In this document: positions 37,190-48,984 of the stretch, in pieces
Position numbering within the stretch: position 1 is the first letter of the stretch
Layout of the letters: every line of letters starts with the position of its first letter
From: the human T2T-CHM13v2.0 reference genome, Homo sapiens
Length of the DNA stretch: 64,000 bases
Direction: 5' to 3' (one strand)
Assembly: GCF_009914755.1 (NCBI RefSeq)
Contig: NC_060925.1
Notes under the pieces: generated by a model
Told to the model about the DNA's origin: nothing
The model's database searches: none
What the model saw: the letters and a program-made list of their open reading frames with translations, nothing else
Translations under genes and position numbers: made by a program

Positions 37190-37710
37190 GAACCCAGGCC
37201 ACCTTTGCAGGAGGGCAATTTCATAACACATATCAAAGCCTTAAAAATGCCCATATCCTTTGACCTGATGAGACCAGAAATCTATCATAAGGAAATAATC
37301 AGAGATGAAGACAAGGATCTATGTGTAGAGTTGGTCATCGGAGAATCATTTATGGCAGCCACATGGTGGGGAACATCCATGTGTGTAACAATGAAGATCA
37401 GCTACATAAATTATGACTGAAAAATAATTGTGATGGCATATCGTGGCCATCAAATGAAACCTTCAAAAGTAATTTATGTTGAGAAAATGCTTATAAATAA
37501 GCATTTATAAGAGCTAGAGAAAAAAGCAGCATATAAAGCTGGCTGTAAAGTACATTCCAACTTTTCTTTATATATACATGGGACTAATAAAACTCAGAAG
37601 GATGCATGTAAAAATACCAATGGCTGTTATCATTGGTGGGGAATTTTAATTTTCTTTTCTGATTTTTATGCTTTCCATTTTTTCTGCAATGAACATCTAA
37701 TAATATATTA
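37190..37710 (+). mobile_element. Ancient L1 (L1ME4-like) 3' fragment
   Basis: GGAGGGCAATTT...TATCAAAGCCTTAAAAATGCCCATATCCTTTGACC...ATCATAAGGAAATAATCAGAGATG. Confidence 0.65.
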
Positions 37711-37969
37711 GTTTAAGCGTTTAAATGGATGTAGGTGAGAAAAACTTTCTATACCTCCTCACCCCGTGAGGGGGCTTCTTGGATTAACCTCTAGGATCGA
37801 GCTTTGCTCTCAGGGTCTCCTGGTCCACATTCAAGTATTCCTGTTCTGGTTGGGGCACAGGCTGCCAGTCATCTCCTATGATCCCATTGCCCCTTCTCCC
37901 TTAGTTGCAGAATGCCAGTTTGGTTGGCATGTCCATCTGTCTTCCTAAGGTATATTACTCACCCCACTC

Positions 37970-38130
37970 TTTTGTTGAGGTAGTTACTATTACCATCTAC
38001 ATTTTATATATGGGGAAACTGAGGCACAGAGAGGTTAAATAACTTACTTAAGGTCACCTTGCTAGTAAGAGGCAGAGCAAGGATTCAAACCTAGGAAGTC
38101 TGACTTCAGACTCTATGCCTATAACCGCTA
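37970..38130 (-). mobile_element. MIR SINE
   Basis: GGGGAAACTGAGGCACAGAGAGGTTAAATAACTTACTTAAGGTCAC. Confidence 0.85.
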
Positions 38131-38227
38131 TAGTATTTGTGAGAACACAGAATCCAAGAGGTGGGACAATTTGAACCTGGCTTTGGCAAGAGACCATACT
38201 CAATGACAAATATTTGTTGGGCAGTAA

Positions 38228-38612
38228 TTATTATTTTTTTAATTTTCATTTTTATTTTAGATTTGGGGGTACATGTGCAGGTTTGTTAACAAGGGTATAT
38301 CGCATGGTGCTGAGCTTTGGGCTTCTATTGACCCCATCACCAGATAGCGAACATAGTACCCAATAGGAAGTTTTCAGCCCTTGCCTCCCCCTCAAAAATC
38401 CCTCCTTTTGGAGTCTCCAGGGTCTGTTGTTCCCGTATTTATGTCCATGTGAACCCAAGATTTGGCTCCCATTTATAAGTGAGAGCCTGTGATACTTGGT
38501 TTTCTGCTTCTGCATCAGTTCGCTTAGGACAATGGCCTCTAGCTGCATCCCTGCTGTTCCAAAAAGACATGGTTTCATTCTTTTTTTATATGGTTGCATA
38601 TATTTCACGGTG
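38228..38612 (-). mobile_element. 5'-truncated L1 3' end (older L1PA/L1PB-like)
   Basis: T-rich tail then TAGATTTGGGGGTACATGTGCAGGTTTGTTA...ACATAGTACCCAATAGG...GCTCCCATTTATAAGTGAGA. Confidence 0.85.
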
Positions 38613-38991
38613 AAATGTGAGTGGAAGTCATGGGTGCATCTCCTAGGGAAGCTCTTAGATGACAGCTTTTGCAGCTGGCAGGAGCCTCTTTGCTCTCCCC
38701 CTTCCTTTTTTCTTTATGCCTATAATGGGGCTGTGATTGCTAGAGCTTCAGCAGAGCTCTGGCTAGAGCTGTGTTGTGTTCATGACACAAGAATGAACTC
38801 ATGTGTTTTGGTCAATAGAACAAAAATGAAATGGGTGCCTGGGATATTGACAAAATTGTGCATGAAGCTACCATAGAAGTCCTGAAATTCTTAAATCCAG
38901 AATTTTCTTACATGAGGGAAAAACAAATCTTTCTTGAAGCCGCTGTCTTTCAGATTCCAATTAATAGCTGATTTATTTCCTAACAAATACA
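38612..38991 (+). mobile_element. MaLR LTR fragment (MLT1I/J-like)
   Basis: GAAATGTGAGTGGAAGT...GCTAGAGCTTCAGCAG...TTCCTAACAAATACA. Confidence 0.5.
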
Positions 38992-39010
38992 CTGAGCCAG
39001 GGTCAAAGAT

Positions 39011-41035
39011 TATATATATATATAATATATAAAACATATATAACATACTATATTTATTTATTTTATTATATTAAATTTTATTTATATATTTTTAAATATA
39101 TGTAACACATTTATGTTTTATATATGAATATATAACATATTTATATATTTAATATATAAACATATATGAAACATGAATATATATTTATATATAAAACATA
39201 CATGTGAATATATATTTATATATAAAACATACATGTGAATATATATTTATATATAAAACATACATATGAATATATATTTATATATAAAACATGTGAATAT
39301 ATATTCATATATAAAACATACATGTGAATATACACATATAAAACATATTCATATATAAAACATGTGAATATATATTCATATATAAAACATATGTGAATAT
39401 TCATATATAAAACATATATGTGTATATATATAAAACATATGTGAATATATATTTATATATAAAACATATATGTGAATATATATTTATATATAACATATAT
39501 GTGAATATATATAACATATATGTGAATATATATTTATATGTAACATGTATGTGAATATATATTTATATGTAACATGTATGTGAATATATATTTATATGTA
39601 ACATGTATGTGAATATATATTTATATGTAACATGTATGTGAATATATATTTATATGTAACATATGTGAATATATTTATATATAACATATATGTGAATATA
39701 TTTATATATAACATATATGTGAATATATATATAACATATATGTGAATATATATATAACATATATGTGAATATATTTATATATATAACATATATGTGAATA
39801 TATACTTATATATAACATATATGTGAATATATACTTATATGTAACATATATGTGAATATATACTTATATATAAAACATATATGTGAATATATACTTATAT
39901 AAAAAACATATGAATGTATAATCATATATAAAACATATATTCATATATGTTTGATATATATGAATATATATTCATATGTTTGATATATATATTCATATAT
40001 ATCAAACATATGAATATATATTCATATATATCAAACATATGAATATATATTCATATATATCAAACATATATGAATATATATTCATATATATCAAACATAT
40101 ATGAATATATATTCATATATATCAAACATATATATGAATATATATTCATATATATCAAACATATATGAATATATATTCATATATATCAAACATATATGAA
40201 TATATATTCATATATATCAAACATATATATGAATATATATTCATATATATCAAACATATATGAATATATATTCATATATCAAACATATATATGAATATAT
40301 ATTCATATATATCAAACATATATGAATATATATTCATATATATCAAACATATATATGAATATATATTCATATATATCAAACATATATATGAATATATATT
40401 CATATATATCAAACATATATATGAATATATATTCATATATATCAAACATATATATGAATATATATTCATATATATCAAACATATATGAATATATATTCAT
40501 ATATATCAAACATATATATGAATATATATTCATATATATCAAACATATATATGAATATATATTCATATATTTCAAACATATATAAGAATATATATTCATA
40601 TATCAAACATATATATGAATATATATTCATATATCAAACATATATGAATATATATTCATATATCAAACATATATATGAATATATATTCATATATCAAACA
40701 TATATATGAATATATATTCATATATCAAACATATATATGAATATATATTCATATATATAAAACATATATGAATATATATTCATATATATAAAACATATAT
40801 ATGAATATATATTCATATATATAAAACATATATATGAATATATATTCATATATAAAACATATATATGAATATATATTCATATATATAAAACATATATATG
40901 AATATATATTCACATATAAAACATATATATGAATATATATTCACATATAAAACATATATATGAATATATATTCATATACATAAAACATATATATGAATAT
41001 ATATTCATATACATAAAACATATATATGAATATAT
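39011..41035. repeat. ~2 kb AT-rich minisatellite/VNTR, ~28-36 bp palindromic units
   Basis: Units such as ATATATGAATATATATTCATATATATCAAAC, with unit variants changing along the array. Confidence 0.97.
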
Positions 41036-41040
41036 GTGTT

Positions 41041-41267
41041 ACATCAGGGATATGTAAATTGAAAATATCATGAGATGGCATTCATAGCTGAAATTAAGAA
41101 GCCTGACAATACCAAATGTTGGTGAGGATGTGGAGCAGCTGAAATTCTCATACACTGCTGGTGGGAGGGCAAAGTGATACAACTATTTTGGAAAATAGTT
41201 TGGCAGTTTCTATAGACAACCACCTTATAGCCCAGCAACTTCACTTCTAAGTATTTAACAAAAAGTA
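41041..41267 (+). mobile_element. L1ME-like fragment
   Basis: CTGACAATACCAAATGTTGGTGAGGATGTGGAGCAGCTGAAATTCTCATACACTGCTGGTGGGA. Confidence 0.8.
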
Positions 41268-41634
41268 CTAACCAATCTGTGTGTGTGTGTGTGTGTGTAC
41301 GTATGCATGTGCAGTATTACTGTCTATATCTCACAGATGTAAACTCCATGAGAACAGGGACTTTGTTGATATTCATTATTCTCTCTCCAGTCATTAGAAC
41401 ATAAGATCAATCTAAGAAAACTTTATTAAATTAATCCATGTGAGCTGGTTCCCATGCCCTTCTCAGTCTGGAGGCACTTTAGACAAGGTTCAGCTTATCC
41501 ATGACCATCTGGGTTTGTTCCTCAGAATTGCAAGTAGGTCTGAGCCTCCCAGTCACATAAGACTCTCTCTTCCCTTTTTCTAGACTCCATACCTGTATTA
41601 AAATGCCCTAAAAGGCAGCAAAATATGCAGAGAA

Positions 41635-41850
41635 GTGTGTTGGCTTTGGAGTCAGATAGACCAAAGTTCAAATCTTACCTCTGCCACTTACTAGATGTGT
41701 GTTTTCTGAGCCTCAGTTTTCTGTCCTGTAAAATGGTGCTAATAATAGCAACCTCGAATGGTTGTTGGGAGGACAAATCTCATGTGAGTATTTAGCACCG
41801 GGAAATCACTCAATAACTGGTGGGTATTACCATTATTATTGTTGTTGCTG
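41635..41850 (+). mobile_element. MIR SINE
   Basis: GGCTTTGGAGTCAGATAGACC...CTCTGCCACTTACTAGATGTGTG...CCTCAGTTTTCTGTCCTGTAAAATGG. Confidence 0.85.
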
Positions 41851-43219
41851 CTGTTATTAAGCTAGCCAGGTTTTAGGACCCTCTATGTCCTGGGAAGAGC
41901 TTTGGCTGGGAAGGGTTTGGCCTGGGGGTGGGGAGGGCAGCAAAGAGACAGGTGCCATGAGGGACATCCCTCCAGGGTCCACACTGAGCTCCCTTCTCAA
42001 GGCCTGGCTCCCTTCCCTACCTGTGCCTTGATTTGTTTTTCTCATCTCAGCTCAGAGCCTTGCACTACATGCTAAATTCACATTTACATTGAAATACCAT
42101 CCTGTGAGTCTGGCTCGGGCTCCAGCCTGTGTGGATTTTCTTTACAACCCAGGTCTGGCATCCAAAGTGCTCGCTCTTCCGCCAAGAACCTGTCATCTGA
42201 AATCTGAGATTTCAGATCCCCAGTCAAATTACTGCTAGCAATGTCATGGGTGTCTTTCCTCTTGGGGGACTGACCTTTCCTGGGCAGCAGGGATTGTAGC
42301 TGACCCTTCAGTAACCACTCTCCCAAGCGTGTGTCTCCTCTCTTTTAACTGAAGTGTTGAGGTTATTTATAATTTTTGAAAGAAGTTTATTAAGGCATAA
42401 TTTATACAAAAAGCCACCTTTGTGTTGTACGGTTCTATGAATGTTGACAGCTGCATATATTCATGAAACCACCACCAGAATCAGCATGTAGTGAGTCCTC
42501 TCCCCTGACCCTCAGCCCTTGGCATCCCCCAGTCTGCTTTTAATTCCTCCAATTTTGCCTTTTCTAGAATTAGAGCACTTACATTTGATAGAGTTATTTA
42601 CATGGTTAAATTTAAATAAACTAGCTTGCTTTTTATTGTCTTTTTGTCACATCTCTTCTTTGTTGTCTCTCCTTTCCAGCCTTCTTTTGTATCAATTAAG
42701 TGATTTTTTACGATTCCATTTTATCTCCATTATTGGCTTACTAGTAATCTCTTTTTTTATTTTTATAATGATTGCTCTAGCATATACAGTTTCCATCTTT
42801 AACTTATTACAGTCCCACTTCATATGATATTATATTTCTTCACCTGTAGAGGAATACTGTTATAACAGAATATTTTCCTTTCCTTCCTCCTGTCCCTTGT
42901 GCTACTGTTGCCATAAGCTGCACTTGCACATGTGTTATAAATCTCCAATACATTGTTACTGTATTCTCTTTTGATAGGCAATTATCTTTAAAAGAGATGA
43001 TGGTGAGAAAAATATTTCATGTTTACCCTAATTCTCACCATTTCTGGTGTCCTTTTCTGTGGTAGCACTGAATTTCTACTAGGTATTATGGTCCATCTGC
43101 ATGAAAAAGTTCCTTTAACATTTTCTGTAGTGCAAGTCAACTTTTATTGATCTGAAAAATTTATTTCACGTTTGCTTTTGAAAGAGAATTTTTCTGGGTG
43201 TAGAATTATTGGTTGAAAG

Positions 43220-43450
43220 AATATATATATTTATATATATGTTTTTATATATTTATATATAGTTATATATATATTTATATATTATATATATTTATATGTT
43301 ACATATATTTATATATTATATATATTTATATGTTATATATATTTATATATTATATATTTATGTTATATATATTTATATATTATATATTTATATGTTATAT
43401 ATATTTATATATTATATATTTATATATATTTATATATTTATATATATATT
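43220..43450. repeat. AT-rich simple repeat (TATATTTA-type)
   Basis: Directly visible. Confidence 0.95.
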
Positions 43451-43698
43451 TAAAGATAACCCTCCATTTTCTTTGAGACTACAGAGCTTCTGATGAGAAG
43501 TTATCTATAATTCTTATCTATAATTCTGTATGCAATGTTTCTTTTTCTCTGGCTGCTTTCAATATTTTTAATCTCTGGTTTCCAGAAGCTTAACCGTGAT
43601 ATATCTAGGTGGTGTGTGTGTGTGTGTTTCCTGTATGGGTTTCTCTGAACTTGGATTTATGGCATGCTTCTTATTAAATTTGGAAAATTCTCAGCAAT

Positions 43699-43714
43699 TC
43701 TATCTATCTATCTG

Positions 43715-43748
<34 letters not shown>
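43699..43748. repeat. (TCTA)3 TCTG (TCTA)8 tetranucleotide STR
   Basis: Directly visible. Confidence 0.95.
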
Positions 43749-43749
<1 letters not shown>

Positions 43750-45226
43750 CTATCATCTATTATCTCACTATCTCTTTCTGTTAATCTTCTGGAACCCCAG
43801 TTATATGTATGTTAGACCACAGGTCTTGGATGCTCTTTTTTTTTCACCATTTTTCTTTGTTTTTCAGTCTACATAATTTCTACTAATTAACCTGTTTTCC
43901 CTTTTACTGATTCTTTCTTCTGCTGTATAGTATGCTAATAAACCCATCAAAGCAATCCTTCATCTCTGATCGTGTTCTGTAAAATTATTTCTTGCATTTC
44001 CATTTGGATTCTTTTTTTAAAGTTTCCTTCATTTCTGAATTTTCTGGTCCATTCAAGCACTTTTTCCACATCTCTAACTAGATTATTTAGCATAATTATT
44101 TTAATATAATTATTTTGAAACCTCTGTCTAAAAATTTCAACCCCTGGGTCATCTCTGAATCTGGTTCTGTGACTGCTTTCCTCTTGTCAGTGGGTTGTTT
44201 TTCCTTGATGTTTTTTTATCTCGTAGTTTTTGAATAAATTCTGGACATTGTGAACATGACAGTAGAGACTGAGGTAAGCAGCATTTATGCCCAGAGATGA
44301 ACACACCTATTCTTCCCTCAAGACATTATTATGATGATTTGAGTCACGTCTAGTGAAGAGTTGAGTTTGGTTGAGTTTTGTTTGTGCTACACTCTAAGTG
44401 CACCCAGGTATCAAATTCCTCCAGTAATGGTCTTCCTCTACCTTATTCTCCTGTTTGAGGCCCTTAGAGATTCCACACATATCCTAGCTCACACTCAGTC
44501 TATAAGAACTCATTAAAAAAATTAGCTGTTTTCTTCATTCCAGTTTTTATGGTGGCTGCATCTTCACCAAAGCTCTGCTAAGTGTGAAATCATTTATATT
44601 TCCCTCTATCCTCAATGGGACTGGTCAGTGCTTAAATTTCATTTCCCTGTTCTATTCTGTATTTTTAAATTTGTTTTTTAATTACTGCCATACAAGTTAT
44701 CACAAATATAGTGGCTTAAAACAACACTCATTTATTATTTTGCATTTCTATAGGTCAGAAGTTTGGGCACTGTGGGCTCAGCTGTTCTTTTGTGTCTTTG
44801 TGTTAATAGTTTTTATATAATTTTAAAAAACCAGCCATTATTTCTTCAAATATTTCCCCTACTCTTCTTCTGGGACTCCAACTGCATGTGTGTTAGATCT
44901 CTTGATAGTGTCCCATGGGTCACTGAAACTCTGTTAGTTCTTTTTCCTTACAGTCATATTTTCCCTTGGTGCTTATGTTTGGATAGTTTCTATTTTTCTT
45001 CATCAGTTACACTCATCTTTATTCTGTAATGTCTAATCTATTGTTAATATTCCTTAATATAATTTTTATATTATTTTATTTTTCAACTGCTGAGCTTCTT
45101 CTTATGATTTCTCTCATTAGTGTTTAGTAGTTTTCTGCATACAGATATTGTACATATTTTATTAGATTTATACCTATATATTTCAATTTTTTGTGCTATT
45201 GTGATGGTATTATTTTTCTAACTTTA

Positions 45227-45546
<320 letters not shown>

Positions 45547-46020
45547 CTATATAGGAAAGTAATTGACTTTTATTTTGACCTTGTATCCGGAAACTCTACT
45601 ACACTCGTTTGCTCATTCCAGAACGTTTTTTATTTAAGATTCTGTGAGATATTCTACAGACAATTATGTCATTTGTAAATAAAGACAGTTTCATTTATTC
45701 CTTTCCAAACTGTATGCTTTCTATTCTTTTCTTTGTCTTATTGCACTATCAGTTCCAGTATGATATTGAATAGAAGTAGTGAAAGGAGACATTCTTGCTT
45801 TGTTTCCAGTCTTCTGAGGAAAGTGTCTAGTCTGTCACTATGTAGTATGATATTATCTGTGGGTTTTCTTTCTTTTTTCTTTTTCTTTGGTAGTTGTTCT
45901 TTATAAAGTTGAAAATGTTTCCATCTATTCTCAGTTTTCAGAGAGTTTTTATCATAAACGGGTGCTGGATTTTGCCAAATGGGTTTTCCACATCAATGAT
46001 CTGATCATACAGTTTTTCTT

Positions 46021-46322
46021 CCTTTTTTTATTTTTTAGAGACAGGGTCTCAGTCTATCACCCAGGCTGGAGTACAGTGGTGTGATCATAGCTCACTGCAG
46101 CCTTGAACTTCTTGGTTCACGTTATCCTCCTGCCTCAGCCTCCTGAGTAACTGGGACTACAGGTGCGTGCCACCATGCTCAGCTAAATTTTCTTGTACTT
46201 TTTATAGAGATAGGATCTTGCTATGTTGCCTACGTTGATCTCAAACTCTTTGCCTCAAGCAGTCCTCTTACCTTGACTTCCCAAAGTGTTGGGATTACAG
46301 GCATGAGCCACTGTGACTGACC
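46021..46322 (-). mobile_element. AluJ-type SINE
   Basis: Reverse Alu with AluJ-type GATCATAGCTCACTGCAGCCTTGAAC. Confidence 0.95.
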
Positions 46323-46562
46323 TAAATTTTCTTCTTTAGCCTATTGATATGGCAGGTTACATTGATTGATTTTTGAATGTATATACCTGGAATAATGCCC
46401 ACGTGGTCATGGTGTATAGTTTATTGTATACATTGCTGGATTTTATTTGCTAATATTGTTTAAGGATTTTTGTGGCTATGTTCATGAGAGATACTGGTTT
46501 TAGGTTTTTGTTTCTTGTAATGTTCTTTACCCGGATTTGTTATTAGAGTAATGCTGACCTCA

Positions 46563-48132
46563 TCATAGTATTTTAATATGATATTTAATGTCATACTAAG
46601 TAAAAAATATTAAATTATTAGCATAAATTTTACTGTTCACCTTTATATTATGTCAACTTTAAATTCAAGTATAAGAATATTTAACTCCTGTGTAGGATCT
46701 TCAAAATCATGCAAATTGTATTTTGTAGCCTGTCATAGACATATATTTAATTCCTACCAGAATGGTGGAAGACCTCCATAAAACAAACTCAGCTGTGCTT
46801 ATTTCAGTTATTGATGTATGCATTTTCTACCCACACTCTACATCTGACTGATTGATGAGTAAGGAAGGACAGAAAGGAACTATAGTTGCCCTGTTTTTCC
46901 CTTTGGTGCTATGTCATCATTTTCAGCATAAGCGGTTGGCTAATGCAAGGAAGTAACAGGTGAGAAAGGATGTGCTGGGGTTTCTTGGTCACACATGCTT
47001 CATGCTTCTGAGAAGACCATGGCCTTCTTCCTGTGTTTGAAATAAGTTCTGGTTCCAGTGGAAAGCATGGCCTCTCGGTGCTGGCCATGACCCCAGATAC
47101 TCAATCATAAGATGTAACATACTTACCTTATTTTTACTTTAAAAAATTATGATAAAATATACATAACATTTACCATTTCAACCATTTTTAAATATACAGT
47201 TCAGTGACTTATATAGATTCCTATTGTTATGCAACCATCACCACCACTACTCTTCAGAACTTTTTCCATTTTCCCAAACTGAAACTTCATACCCATTCAG
47301 CAATAACTCCCGAGTCTGCCATCCCCCTAATCCCTGGCAACCACCATTCTATTTTCTGTCTTTATGAATTTGACTACTCTAGGTACATCATACAAGTGGG
47401 CTCATACAGTATTTGTTCTTTGTGACAGGCTTTTTTCACTTAACATAATGTCCTTAAGGCTCATCCATGTTGTAGCATGTGTCAGAGTCTCCCTCCTTTT
47501 TAAGACCAAATAGTATTCCGTTATATGTATATACCGCTTTTTATTTATCTGCTCATCTGTTGATAGACACTTGGGCTGGTTTCATCTTTTGGCTATTCTG
47601 AATAATGCTGCTATGAATAATGGGTATACAAATATCTGTTTGGGTTGCTGCTTTCAATTCTTTTGGGTATATACCCAGAAGTAGAAGTGTTGGATCATAT
47701 AGCAATTCTATGTTTAACTTTTTGAGGATTTTCCATACTGTTCAACATTTTACATTCCTACCAATAGTAAACAAGTGTTCCAATTTCTCCATATCCTCAC
47801 TACCACTTGTTATTTTCTTTCTTTTTCTTTTTCTAAAAAATTAGTAGCCATATTTCCACGAGGTACAATGATACCTCATACTCACCTTGAATATCTCTGA
47901 ACTTCCATGTCCCATGGATGGCAGGGAACAGCGGGCACACACATAGCATGTATCTCCTTAGCTCACGGGCATCCTCTGTCCCTTTGGACTTCACTTTTAA
48001 AACACAAGTTCAAAGATAAAATTGTTAAGAATTTCAAAACTGTGATAACAGAACAGTAAACCAAGTGCAGGTGTCTTCTAAGCACAGAGCCCTGTGCAAA
48101 TGCACAATCACATATGCAGGAAGCCAGCTTGC
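46563..48132 (-). mobile_element. hAT-Tip100 DNA transposon, MER45B-like, split by an L1
   Basis: Minus strand GCTGGCTTC...TGCACAGGGCTCTGTGCTTAGAAG...GAAATTCTTAACAATTTTATCTTTGAACTTGTGTTTT matches recalled MER45 5' end; remainder at 46563-47129. Confidence 0.7.
47130..47876 (-). mobile_element. L1M (L1MB-like) 3' end inserted in MER45
   Basis: L1M 3' UTR antisense (TTTACCATTTCAACCATTTTTAAATATACAGTTCAGTG...); TSD CATACT(T/C)ACCTT at 47118-47129 and 47877-47888. Confidence 0.85.
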
Positions 48133-48984
48133 TTCTGCTTTGTGTAGGAGAAAGGATGGAGGTGGAGCCTGGGCCAGAATGGCAAATGGAAAAAGAAGAT
48201 CTAAAGTGCCAAGGCCCCATTGTCTCCTAAGGCCCTTTATTTTACCATCGCCACACCTCTGCCCATGTCCTTTATCCTGCCCACAGTGTTGTTACCCCTT
48301 CATGATCAGTCAAATCCTGCCAATCTCAGTTCAAATCCTATTTCACTAGGGAAATCTTTCCTGGCTTTCCTGACCCAAGACATCCCTTCTCAGAACCTTC
48401 TCAGCATAAATTTTCCACATCACCCGTATGACAATTAGCCTGGTCCTGACTCCTTTAAGTCAGTCAAGTCTCTCCAACTAGATATGAGACTCCTGGGGAC
48501 AAGGTCTGTGTCTCTTGCTTCTGTAATACATCACCAGGACTGCACATCAAGACTTGCCCCTGGCTATCTCACCCTCCCCTTCCTCCTCACCCCACTGAGA
48601 ATCCAGCCCAACTAATTAGACCTCTCCACGTCCTCCTCACTTGTCCACATGCATGCTCTCGCACTCGTTATCCGTCAGCTGTGAATGCCTGTCCTTCTCA
48701 TCAAGGGCTGTCCAAATCCTACCATTCTCCAAGGTCTCACAAAGTGCAGTAAATATGGCATGGATTTGCAATTTATAAATACCTCATTCTAAATCCTGAC
48801 TCTGTCGCTTTCTGGATAGAAGGGCTGGGCGTGTCCAGAAAGTGATATTCCTTCCCCAAGACTTTGTTTGCTCATTTGTAAATCCAGGGGTTGATAATAA
48901 CCACTGTGAAGGGTTGTTGAAAAATTTAATGGGGGATATTCATTTAATGGGAGAGATAACAGGACAGTATAATGAATTAGTGTA

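Noticed and set aside
39216-40709. Repetitive Tyr/Ile/Asn ORFs, and a regular repeat-spacer look reminiscent of a CRISPR array
   Set aside because: Translations of an AT minisatellite. Spacers are not unique, there are no cas genes, and the context is eukaryotic.
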